This document shows, piece by piece, positions 1 through 13,100 of a stretch of DNA of 64,000 nucleotides; position 1 is the stretch's first letter, and each line of letters begins with the position of its first letter. The translations under genes were made by a program, and so were the position numbers. Origin of the DNA: Octopus vulgaris (lineage: Eukaryota); the NCBI GenBank assembly GCA_951406725.2, contig OX597816.1, positions 119,846,001 through 119,910,000 of the forward strand. Reading direction: 5' to 3'. The notes under the pieces are model-generated. The model was not told where the DNA came from. It saw nothing but the letters and a program-made list of their open reading frames with translations, and searched no databases.

Positions 1-732
1 CTTCATACTGAAGTCTCTATGTAGTCACTGAAGTTGCAACAAATTGCAACCAAACCTCATCTCCTGAAACCCTTCCTATCTTAAACAGCAATATAAAAAA
101 AAAATCATAGAATGATAGAACCACAACCTTTCACCAAAACACAGTAATATAATAATACAAACATGAATAACAACAATACAAAATAACTTCCAACTGCACT
201 TAAAATAGTACTTATGGCAACATAAAGAACAACTTCAAAAGAATATAATGTCAACAGAAAGTGAACAAGAAATGAAGAGGTTTAAAAGATGGAAACAGGA
301 ACTAGGTCACATTGAATGAGAAACTGGATTGTTTGATAAGAGTGAAAAGGGTTAAGAGCCAATGAAAATGCATTGCAAAAAAAACATTTTGCTGACTATA
401 TCAAACAGGAACTGTAAAAATGTTGCTATTCATCCTAATACATGTGAAAATTACATATATATATATACCTGTATACACGTGTGTGTGTTATTATGAGAGA
501 ATTCTGGAAGTTTTGAGGATTTTTTGTCTGAGTCAGCAGGTATTACAGTATATTTATCAATATATCTATTTTACTATTTCCAAATTCTGCCAGCATTAAC
601 CTTACCTTACATCCATCTGCGGTTGATAAAATAAGTACCAACCAGAAACTGAGGTTGGTTTTCATCAACTATACAATTCCCCAAACTTTGAAACCTTGCT
701 TTCATGTTAGAAACCAATATCATTTTACTTAC

Positions 733-877
733 CATAGTGCAAGTAAAACGATAAACATAGAATGAAAATACAAAAACAAAATTTTAAACCAAAAAGTGAG
801 TTTTCTTTCCTTCCTTTACAATCCTGCCCACCTTTCAAAGACCCGACAGAAGAAATCATTGACTCTGGAAATACTTT
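733..877 (-). CDS. Candidate DP exon 11 (reads ESISRVNDFFCRVFERWAGL*, stop ending at 816, if the acceptor at 878-879 is used)
   Basis: TTTCAG acceptor about 200 nt below exon 10 and a strong G|GTAAGT donor at 732; no recognisable homology. Confidence 0.35.
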
Positions 878-1078
878 CTGAAATGTAATGATAAAGAATC
901 TAAAACTCATTACAACCATCTTTCATAATGGAAGTTGGAAGGAAATCAATGCAAATTTTTGTAATTTAGTAAAAAAGATTTACTTCAAAAATTTAGAAAG
1001 AAAGCATATACTTGCTCTCTTTAGAGATTAAAGCAAATTTTAAAAATGTCAAGTCAGTGATAATTTCAATTTAGTTAC

Positions 1079-1215
1079 CCTTAACATAAGGCTCTAAAGC
1101 TTTTGGCACCATATTCACAGCCTTTTCTAAATCTTCTGCCATACCCATGCGCTTGAGAACTTCAATATCATCATGGATCTCAAATGTGTTGTCGAAAGTA
1201 AAAAGGTATTCACAT
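1079..1215 (-). CDS. TFDP1: DP coding exon 10 ([45 protein letters not shown])
   Basis: Conserved DP sequence; CATAG acceptor and GTAACT donor; phase 2 to 1. Confidence 0.96.
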
Positions 1216-2131
1216 CTATGAAAATTAGAAATAAAATCAGGACTTTTTTTTAGACATAATATTGAAGAGCAAATAATTAAATTACAAAACTATATCTTTT
1301 ACATTCAAATCCGTTGCTTGCAAGCTGCAGAAAATTTGGTCCAATTGCTTTAATACATACATTCATTTTTGTTTCACAAAATAGACAGCAACATCCAATG
1401 CTATAAAGTTTGCCCTATGTTAGCCTTAACAGAGCAGACATCTAATCAAAGGTATTCAAGCTGTGATATTTTCTTTTTTCCATAGACTCAAAAAAAAAAA
1501 AATTCTGAGAGATAAGTTGAATGTTTTTTTCTCTTTTTTTTTTTTTTATTATAGCACTATCAAAATCAAGGATTGTCCAAATCACTTCTGTAATAGAAAA
1601 ATATATTCCCGAGTCCTATGCAAACATTTATCCTTTGCAGTTTTCCCTTTTAATTAACCAACAATGGTGGTTTTTATGTCAAATGCACACTTGTGTATAC
1701 ACTGTATTTTTGTTGGGAATAAAAATCCAATATATGGTACAGGCCATCAGTTCCGGTAAATTGTTTATATGGGCCAGCTCAACAGAAATAGAGTCAAAAC
1801 AGAAAGAAAAAAAAAGGACATGTAATTCAAACCATCCATAAAAATGTTTAGAGTTATTAAGTTTATGTTTAAGCAAAAACAATATAAAATTCCTAGACTA
1901 AAAAAAATTACAAGGATGTATCCCATCTCCTGAAGCACAACCTAAATGACACTATCAGATTTTTACAATAATAGGAATTTACATAGTTGAAGCAATTCTG
2001 TTGCTGCTTCATCACAACAATGATGTATGTAATGCTGAAAACACCTCTAAATCATTGTCACAGTGAGAAGCTGGAAAGGAGCAGTGAGAGCAAAGCAAGA
2101 GCATAGGATCTAACATGGAATAAAGTGAAGG

Positions 2132-2191
<60 letters not shown>

Positions 2192-4092
2192 ACAGGATGC
2201 ATAAGGTATTTGAGGACATACCTTTTTGGGGTCATTGCTGCATTTTTTGCTCTGTATAATCTTTCAGAAAATAATAACAGCAGACCCTCAGCTTACTTAA
2301 GAAATGAAGAGGCATGCTGTTATTGTGGTTGTAAAGGCTGAGCATAGAGACTTAGAAATATCTCAAGTTTTAAAAGTTGCCAGATCTTTCGTCAACAAAG
2401 TTTATAAGGAGCAAGTGAATGAAGATGGAAACATGAAATCGGAACACCTGAATTTATCCAGTCCATTGATTACAATCCCAGAAAGTTCATGAGGTCAATT
2501 GCATAACATCTCCAGAAGGAAGTCAGAAATGTTGTCCACAAAGACATCAAATATAAGTTTTATATGATGAGGAAAGGTCAACTTATCAGAAAAGACAGAA
2601 GAAAATCACTACATCAGATCTAAAAGGCTCTTAACCCTTTAGTGTTTAAACTGGCCAAATCCGGCCCAATATATTCTACATGTTTTATATTCAAACTGGC
2701 AATGTCTAGCCTCTCACATCTAACCTACAATGCCATTCTGAAAATAAGTAATCACATCATTGAAACCTCAAAGCTGTAAGATGATCCAGGATTAATTCAA
2801 AACAATTTGAGTGAAAAAGTATTACATTTAACAGAGTAATCTGAACACTAAAGGGTTAAACAAACTGAAAAATCCAGCAGAAGATATGATTTAGTTTTTC
2901 TCAAACAAGAAAAACTTCGACCAAGACCAAAAAGTTAACAGAAGAAATGAGACGGTTATGTGCAGACAAAATTTCCTGCAACTGTCATGGTTTTAGGGGT
3001 TGTCAGCAATGAAGGACATGTGATGCCTCCTTATTTCTTTCCACAAAGCCTTAGAGTTAACTCTGCCAGCTACATTGAGGTCAAGGAAATAATTAAGACT
3101 TGAATAGATATGCAATGGAAGGCCATGTGTTTCAGTAAGACACTGCACTATCACATAAGGCTCTAATAACAGAGGAATGGATGGCTGAAATTTTATATGA
3201 TCACATCACATAACTCCTAACATTTGGTCTCCTAATTCCCCAGATCTCCATCTATGTGGAACGCTGTTGAGAGAGAGATCAATGAACATGCCCATAACAC
3301 CAAAGATCCTTTGAAAGCTGCCATAGCCAGAGTAATAATGAACCAAAACCATTTAATTCAAGCATGTAGATGATTTAGATCTCATATAGAAACAGTTGTT
3401 GAAACTGAAGGTGGCTTTATTGAACAACATTATAGAAAAGAAGGTTTATTTTTATCCTCATAGAGTTTTTTGATAAATAAAGTTACCTGTTATTATATAG
3501 CAGTTTTTTTTATAAACATAAATCTGTCCTCAAATAGCTTATGCAGCCTGTATGTATGTATGTATGTATGTGTGTATATATGTATATATATCTTTATATA
3601 TATAAAACTGAGAATGTGGGTTTGTCTGTCTGTGTTTCCCTAAAACTTGAGAACTACACAACCAATTTCATTCAAATTTTACACATGCCTTACTTAGGGT
3701 CCATGTAGTTTTATGGGCAAAAAAAATGTTCAACTTCTTGCCTAGAGCGAGCCCATAGCAATATCATATCTTCTCCACTATTTCAGTATTACGTGTTAAA
3801 AGTGAAACAAAAACATTTCTCTATTTTATGTCAGATACTTTAACAATAAAAATTGAATTATATGTAGTACTATTTACTATTTTACTTGTTTCAGTCATTT
3901 GACTGCGGCGATGCTGGAGCACCACCTTTAGTCGAGCAATTCGACCCCGGGACTTATTCTTTGTAAGCCCAGTACTTATTCTAACGGTCTCTTTTGCCGA
4001 ACCGCTAAGTGACTGGGACGTAAACACACCAGCATTGGTTGTCAAGCAATGCTAGGGGGACAAACACGGACACACAAACACATACACACACA

Positions 4093-4127
<35 letters not shown>

Positions 4128-7100
4128 GACAGGCTTCTTTCAGTTTCCGTCTACCAAATCCACTCACAAGGCATTGGTCGGCCCGAGGCTATAGTAGAAG
4201 ACACTTGCCCAAGATGCCACACAGTGGGACTGAACCCGGAACCATGTGGTTGGTTAGCAAGCTACTTAGCCACTCCTGCGCCTAGTAAGTAATAATTAAA
4301 ATCAAACTAAAGTATAATATTATCGTAACATAACAAAAGTAAAAATCGCAATTGGTATAAAATTGCATCAATGACTTGAACTTGAATCAGTGGTTTCACA
4401 TGAATGGGAATAAATAAAAAATAAAATTAGCGTGCAGAAATGGAATAGTCCAGATGGAGGTGTGCATGGCTTTTACATTAGATTATTTGCTAATTAGCTA
4501 GCATTAAGCATTCTACTGAGTACTGCTGTTAGTTTATTTCTGATCCATAAAGGCCTATAACTTCAACAGAGTACTGCTTTTTGGTTTACCATAAGGTTTG
4601 TTATTATTATTTCTGTTTAACCATTGTTATCACGTTTGTTGGTTCCTCGTAAGGGAAGCGTCGTTGTGTTGCATTTGTTAAATAATTGTAAACCGTAACC
4701 CTCCCCCTTTGGGAGAAGGAGCTTTGGTTATTGTTTAAAAATTGAATTGTGTCCCTGTTTGGGGAAATTGACAATATTTTCATCGTTTACACGGAAGTAT
4801 TTTTGTTAAAATGTCTTCGATAGAAGAAAGTCGAAAAATGAATTTCGCTGCAGCCGTCGGATTTTAGCCACACTTCTATACAAGAGGGAGGACAAGATAC
4901 AATTGATAGAAATTACAAGAGATGGGCTAACAATTCCAGTCTGTTATATATTTTGAGTATTGTTATCACTAGCAATATCAAGATATAACTTTGTATTTTG
5001 TATTTTATGTGTAGATGTATATATATAGATGTACATGTAATATGTACACATATATATACACATATATACATGCACTAGCACTATGACCCGGCAACGACGG
5101 GTCTTTAATGCTAGTATATATATATATATTATCCGGGCAGATACTGTATTAGCTCTCAGTTAAGTTCCAGTTAACGGCTAACCACAACAATCAGTATTTA
5201 GCATTTGTGATTATAATTAGTTAATTGCTCCGTGAATTCTTCCAATGGGTAATTCCATGTACTCTTTGCTGCACAGTAAAAACTGTCTGGAGTATATATA
5301 ATAATAAAGAGTATGGGGACTCGTTCTTTCACAAAATTTATCTATACAGCTTATTATAATGACCTACACATGTTTCCACAGCAGCAACTACTCACTGTTG
5401 CAAATGCAACCTTGTAATATTGTTGGTGTAGCTTCAAGGATGACAAAATGGACAGATTCTGATGAAGCTGCACTGATAATACTGCAAGGTTACATACATT
5501 TGCAACAGTGAATAGCTGCAGTGGAAATACATGTAGGTCATTATACTATGCTACATACAACTATAAAATAAATTTTGTGGATGTACAAGTTTCCATAATC
5601 TTTATTACTTTTATTATACATACATACATGTGCACACACATACACAATAAATTAGAAGCTTCTCAAATTGATGTTTACAAAACTCACATAAACAACATGT
5701 GAAGGAGAAAACTATTTTGAAAGTATTTACAATAATGATAACATAGTGTGTAAATTTTTAGACCAAAGTTACAAAAACTTCCTAGAGAGAAAAATCATAC
5801 ATAATGGTATTATCAATATTAAACCTTTTCATACCAACCCACTTGAGACTGCCCCCAATTCCATCGTACAAACTTCCAGTTACAAAGTGACAAATTAAAA
5901 CGTTCCATCAAGATTTCATTCCAAACATCAGTTAATGATGTTTGCAATGTAAATTATTTTAATCATTTTTACATTATTTTCAAAATTAAACTAAATCAAA
6001 AGTAGTATATTTCAACAAACATATGGTAACAAAAGACAGAATATCAAATTTTTAGCCAAAGAAGAGACAGCTGACAATGACTCAACATTGTTTTGCATCT
6101 GTAGCAGACAACTTTTAAGTTCACTTAAATATTTATCTGTATCTTGTGTAAGTAAAGCTTATTGCCATGGTGGGAGCACCATACAATTAATTAGTACTTC
6201 ACGTGTTTGTAGTACTGATAAACATTTCTTCTACTAAACTGTTCAATGCAAGATACAGTACAACCCCTATTATGACCAAGAGAATATTAATGGTTTCTAA
6301 TAGAAATTCACATTTCGGAATGGTGTTTAGTGTATTAAATCAACTCCAATACTTGACATAGTAAACAATTTTATAAAAGTTTCAACAATTTAGGTGGGAA
6401 AAACAAAACTTTGCAAATAAATATAAGGAAAAAGAAATGATAAAATTGTTTAAAACGTACTTATCATTAGAAATGCTGCAATCAATCACAGTTTCCTTAC
6501 TTGTATTTACAATAATAAATGGAAGATGAATGGAGGTGTGCTGCGGTGGTCGGCCCATTGTTTGTTCACAGTACCTATTCCTTTCAACCAAATTTTTGAA
6601 AGCAATTTGCTGTAATTTTCAAAAAATACACAAGATTTGATTTTAAAATTCCTTTTCAGGCTCTACAAAGACTTTCACAACTATGTTAAAAATTATTAAT
6701 GCAGTTGCCATTTTTCTGACACGGCGCCTTGTTTTGTAAGCATAAAAACGTAACCATCTGATCTGCTGGATATTAAAATATTTTTCTTGTTGCAAGACAA
6801 GGAGCCAGCATAGAAAAATTGAAACAGCATTAATCATTAGTCTTTGTAGAAGAACAAGTTTTCTTAAATACAAAGAGAAAATTTACACAAATTATATAAA
6901 ACTCATATTAAAAGATAATTCTGAAACATTCCAAAGTATAGACAACAAGTGAAAAAAAAACATGATCATTTGCTAAAAATTTTGCCAATACATTTGAACA
7001 GATTTGATATTTCATTTCTTTGAAATTCAGTAACATATCATTAGTTTGACTACTAAGTGAGAGGAAAGGCAAAAGCAGTTCCATAACTTACTATACAAGA

Positions 7101-10100
7101 ATACAGAAACAACATAAACAAAGTCAATAACTATTGAAAGTCATAACTGTGTCAATATGTACTGCAAAACATTACAAAATTCCAAAGTATGTATCAATCA
7201 TAAAGCAGATTTTCTATTGGACTCTCCACAAATTATTGGCTTTTCAGATTTACTCTTTTTTAATCTACTCATACTTTTAGAATCAAATATCTAAATGCAT
7301 AGGCCATAAAATATCTATTTGGATCATAAGTTGCATGTCACTTCATCATATGTCTATTATCCATGCTGGCATGAGTTGGATGGTTTGGCACAATCCAAGC
7401 TATGGGGTGCACTGGACTCCAATGTCCACTTTGGCACGGCATGGTTTCTACCACATTACACTGAGTACTAATTACTTTTTTGCTTTTGCAATACCAGCAA
7501 TGTGGTTGCCAAGTAACTTGCAAGACAAAGAAAAGAAAATGAAAAAAACCCTCTTGACTGAGTGAGAGTGTGTTGAAGAAAGAGAAGTGGCTTTATGCCA
7601 AGCGTTGAAGGCTAACATAGAGGGACAAGCAGGTGTCTTGCTACAGAATAAATACATGGCTACCTGTATATGAGGGCAGGTGAAAATAGCTGATAGTGAT
7701 ATTATGTTCCCCAAAAAAAATATAGTGAAAAATAGTAGTAAAATCTAAATTATGTCATCCAGAATACACTTTAAATGACAGGTAATTCTCAAAAAACTTA
7801 ACTAGAATTTACTAACAAGGTTCCAGGTTGTTTTAAACAGGTATTCAAATCCATAAAAGTCTGTCCAGGAAGACTAAAAAGTAACTTACTTGCAAAATTA
7901 ATTCTTGTAATTGTTGTGTTTTGTGTTTGATACGTTCTATCTTTCTTCGATTTTCTGCCTAAGAATTCAGATGTTTTATAAAAAGAAAATTATTTCATTC
8001 AGACTGTACAGAAAAAAAATTACAATGAAAGTGAACAAAATTATTTTCAGAGCATTTATTCTGTATCTATTGCTGAAAATGTTATCTTCTTGGAGCTTAG
8101 AAATTTGAATTACAAAACAAGACAACTACAGAAACGTTAGCACGCCGGGCGAAATGCTTAGTGGTATTTCGTCTGTCTTTATGTTCTAAGTTCAAATTCC
8201 ACCGCGGTCGACCTTGCCTTTTAGTTGCATACTGGAGTCAATCTAATCAACTGGCCCCCTCGCTAAAAATTTCAGGCCTTGTGCCTAGAGTAGGAAAGAA
8301 TATCTATCAAATCAATATTGCTCAACAACTATATCTAAATAGTTTTATCATTGATGTTATAACTCTTATAAGAGCATTTAGAAATAAAAACCCAACAGGG
8401 TTTTAACCAGAGTTATGCTAATAAGTATTTTTGGAAGATGTTAATTTGTTTTTAAACTTAAGAACTATAAAATAAGTATGATCCCAGAAATGACGTACTT
8501 CAATATTTTGGCATTCTTGAGCTGAATTTGTAGGTAATCCAATCCAACGAATTTCTTTTTTTTCTTTTGAAATAATATTCATAGCCATAAGGACATTCAA
8601 AGCATCGTAGACACGCCGCCTGATATTCTTTTGGTCATATGCCTAAATAATTAAAAAAAGTATTCACAAAAATATAATTGGTTCAGTTTCCAGGTTGTTT
8701 ATGAAATAATATTAATAGCTACTGAAAATTAGATAATATCTGGTGTCGTGAAGCAGTAGTAAAGTTAGAAACCCTAAGTGTCTAAACAGGTTTCAATCAC
8801 TTCTTGAAATCACAATTGTTTGTTATGGGAATCACACAAAAGACAGAAAACTAAATGCAATAATTTACAAATTAAGTTAAGTGAATATTAATGGGCATTA
8901 GCTTTCAATATTAAAAATATCTAAATATCAAAAATGCTTAGCAGCATTTCATCCTTATATTTTGAGTTCAAATTCCACCAAGATCGACTTTGCTTTCCAT
9001 TCTTTTGGGGTCGATAAAATAAGTACCAGCCAAGCATTAGGGTCAATGTAATCAACTTACCCCATCCCCTGAACTTGCTGGTCTTGTGCCAAAAATTTGA
9101 AACCAATATTAAAAATAGCTGGCAAGTACCACAGAATAAGAAAGTTTCTAGTTAACAAAAATTCCCAAAACTTGTACTGTCTTTAAGTAAAGTATGAATA
9201 TCACATTCATCCCAGCATGTTCAAATCATTTTGCATTATAATTCATTTAGCTTACATCATTAATATAAAATCAAAGTAATAAATGCTTAGTACTGATAAT
9301 AATTGCTATTTGCAAAAATATATTTTTTATTAACCACTAAATTGTAGAGTTTAGTCAAGAAACTATAATAAATCTGCAGCAACACAAATATTAAAAATTC
9401 AATGGATCTTTTTTTTTAATCAATAATTGTTCAGTGGCAAAAAATATATATACTTGCTTACTAATAACTTTAAAATGGAAAGGCATAAAATTAATAAAAT
9501 ATACAATATCTGAAACTGCCAATGATATTTGATATAAAATTAACATTTAATATCACAGAATTGAGGAATAATATCAACTACCTGCTCTGAGGGTGACAAG
9601 TTTCTAGGATCACTAAATTCTGCAACTAATTCATCAGCAACTTCATTATAAGACGTAATTCCTTTTTTCTGAACCTTTTCACACACTTTCATAGAAAAAT
9701 GCCGCAAACCTTTACCACCTTTCTCTCCTTTTTTATTCCTCTTACTATGAAAGGAAAAACAAAGAATATCATAAGTATCACTTTACAAACTGACACGTTA
9801 ATCAGAGGATGAATGAAAAGACCAATACAATGAAAACTAAATTACCTATCAGTAAAATCTGGTTCAATAGAAATCTCTGACCCTCTTTTCCTATTTCGCC
9901 ACTGTGAATCTACATTCGTCGTATTTCTCTGAGTTGGCAACGTTACTACCTATGAATGACATTAACAAACTTAAATAGACATTGGAAAGTAGCATTTAAA
10001 AGGCTTCATTTTTTTTTTTATGAGTAAATATTTCAGAAATTCACACACATATGCACAAAATAAAATTAGTTTTTTCTAAGTTTGTTTAAAACTGAATGTT

Positions 10101-13100
10101 TCAAAAATATATTTCTTAGTCTATGCAAATTTTAATAATATATACTCTTCATTCTTTGTATGTCACAAGGCCATTATACCAGTCAAATGCATGATTGCTC
10201 CCATATTCTAGCAAACTGTATAACAACTAATATCATGCTCTTTGTTTATAAACCGCTAAAGGATCATATTTCTTGTCATATTGCAATGCATGGATAACAA
10301 ATTTTCTGCAACCTTGGGAAGAATAATATCTGGATATTTTTAGACGGACATCCTCACACCATGTTAATGAAAAAGATATATGAATTGACAATGTGTGGGC
10401 TATGTTGATATAACTGGAAAAGAAGGTACAGATGACCTACAGAAGTGAAATGACATCAATCCAAGCATTAATTATACTACATCAGAACGAGAATGTCAGA
10501 ATATGCCAACTATGCAAGTAAAGATGGCATTTAAAAGATTACAAACGTTCTTTTGAATACAATGTCACTTACTGAGTGTAGATAAGATGGCTGAATGTTT
10601 ATTAATTCAAATACAATGCTTGTGTTTTGCTGTTTCTGTGCAGAACACCATTCTACATTGCCACAAGTCACCTAGTAACCAAAAATAGGAAGTAGCTTAT
10701 CTGGGAATATTACTATCATGGATAGATATCTTGAAGACATTTCATTCATCTACTTGACACTACTAAACTAGAGCAAATTACTAACTCTTGAAGTTAAGAT
10801 GGTATTGTTTGCATAAAACTGTGCAAGCATATTGTTATGGAATATATTGGTATATATTATTTCACACAATAGTCATCTCAATTTATGTTAGCTTGCCAAG
10901 ACCCAAGAATATATAACTCAATAAGAAATGATAGAATCTTATTAAATCTGACTGAAAGAAAAGGACAATAGACAAAATATTTGTTTTAATATTTGTGGAA
11001 AACAAACACCTCATCCACCTAAAAGACTTTTATTTCTTTTTGTAAATAAAATTTTCATTATTTAACTGTTACTCTGGCCGTGACTTTCGTGCTTTCTTTC
11101 CTGGTATGTTATATCCAAGACTACTTTCTGTAATATAAGCACCCATTTAAAAACTTTTAGAAAAGTAACATTTGAAAGAGATTTAGCAACTACTTCAAGC
11201 AGGTTAAGAGATCTTGTAGAGTCCACCATGTTTTACTTGGTGGCTCACTCAACTGGTTGCATTTTTGACAAGGGCTGACCCAGAGCTACATAACTTTACC
11301 TCTTTCTCAACAATTGTAAGTAACTGAATTTAAATATCCAAGTTAATGTTTAGTCCAAGACACTACTGGCCAATATTTAACTGAGACTACAAAACCATGT
11401 TCATTATTAATTTTCTTTCCATTTCATTTTAGAAATAACTAAATGTTTGAGAGTTGCAATAAATCTTTCACCCAGTTTAACAAAAACACCTACAGATGAG
11501 TGTCTTTAGCAAAGCCACTTTGTTCTCAGCATTCAAGCTAGGCCTTTAGTCTGAGAAAAACATCCTTGAACTAGTCTTGGAGAACCTGAAAAACCATGAG
11601 GCTGCCCTTCTCTAATATACTTCCCAGTCTTCAATTATTACCATATAACTATTCAAAGTTATAGAGCAAAAAGTGCCAATGGGTGCACAAATACCAGCTT
11701 AAAATGAGAAAAAAATGGCAAAACTGGAAGCAAACTGATACAAAAATATTAGATCATTTGATGAAATGTTTTGACTTGACATATAAACATACCAAAATTA
11801 AATGTTATAAATTATTCAATAATTTACTTACCCCTGAGGGCATGGATCCTGTACTGGGCAAAAATATTTTAGGTTCTGTTTTTGGTGGAGAGGCAGGAAT
11901 TGGAAATGTTACAAACTGGAAGGCTGTAACAAAATACAATGAAATTCTTACCAAATAACATAAGAAGCAAAGTAACTTTCTTGCTAATTAGCAAAAGTTC
12001 AAATAGATTCAGATACATTATTCTTATATTACATATAAAAAAATTCTATAAAGAAATGTTCCATTTCCAATAATTACTCTTATTTAAGTACCTAAGGAAC
12101 CCAAAGTTTTTACACTCTTCTTTTTTCTATTTTACATTTTAACATATGTAACAAGAGTTAATCTTATATACTAGGATTATATGGACAGTAGCCAGCCTTA
12201 CTTTCATAATGAATCAGCAAAACAACCTGCTCCTTTCCCTAAATCTGAAGTTTCAAATTAACTGATAGCCATTCCACCTAATTGCTATTTCCAAAAGATT
12301 GAGTGACTACATTAGCTCATCCACACAAAATCTTTGAAAGAGTTATTACTACAATACCCAGTCATGGTTTATGCCACAGAAGTGCCAAGCTTTATCTAAA
12401 GAATATGATTACAGAAACATACAAAAAGGATGAAGACCTTTTCCATGACACAATTTTAAATTTGTGTAGAAGGACAAGAAATATTTCTAAATTTTATCCA
12501 TTTTGAAAACCATGGAACTTACTTCCAACAGATTAATTTACCAAGATAGCTGAAAATTAGCACATTTTAGTTAGCTACTAATCTCAAGTGTAAGGATTGG
12601 AATATTGAAATAGCATTCTTATAATTACCAATCAAAGACTAATCATGAGAACATAGGTTACCATGCCAGATTAGATTTGATTGGCACTGTTTCTTTGATG
12701 CCCAATAGATTCAAATTTGTTTTGACTGTTTCTTTCAGGTTTTTAGCCCAACTCTATGAGTATATTCCACTACCATTATACAACAGGTATATTGCATCAT
12801 TTATTGACTAAAATCCCCACCACCCCTCCTAAATTAGGTTTTTCTTGTGATGCACAGTAGTTTTTGAAAGAAGTTGTACTTCTGAAATTTTATTTCATTT
12901 CCATTCATTACAATCACAAGCTAAAAGTTAGTGTGCAACAAGCATTTTGCATTCAATATAAAAATTGACAAAATGTTTTTCATCCTCCTTAATTTTATTT
13001 ACAATACTATCTCTTGTCCCATCCCCAATACTAATTACATCACCTAGATACCTGTCTACCACCAGCAATTCATCTACAAAAGCTATGCTTTCAGTTCACA

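Noticed and set aside
5459-5490. CTGATGA followed by AGCTGCA as a possible hammerhead
   Set aside because: No correctly placed GAAA, stem III or stem I; chance heptamer
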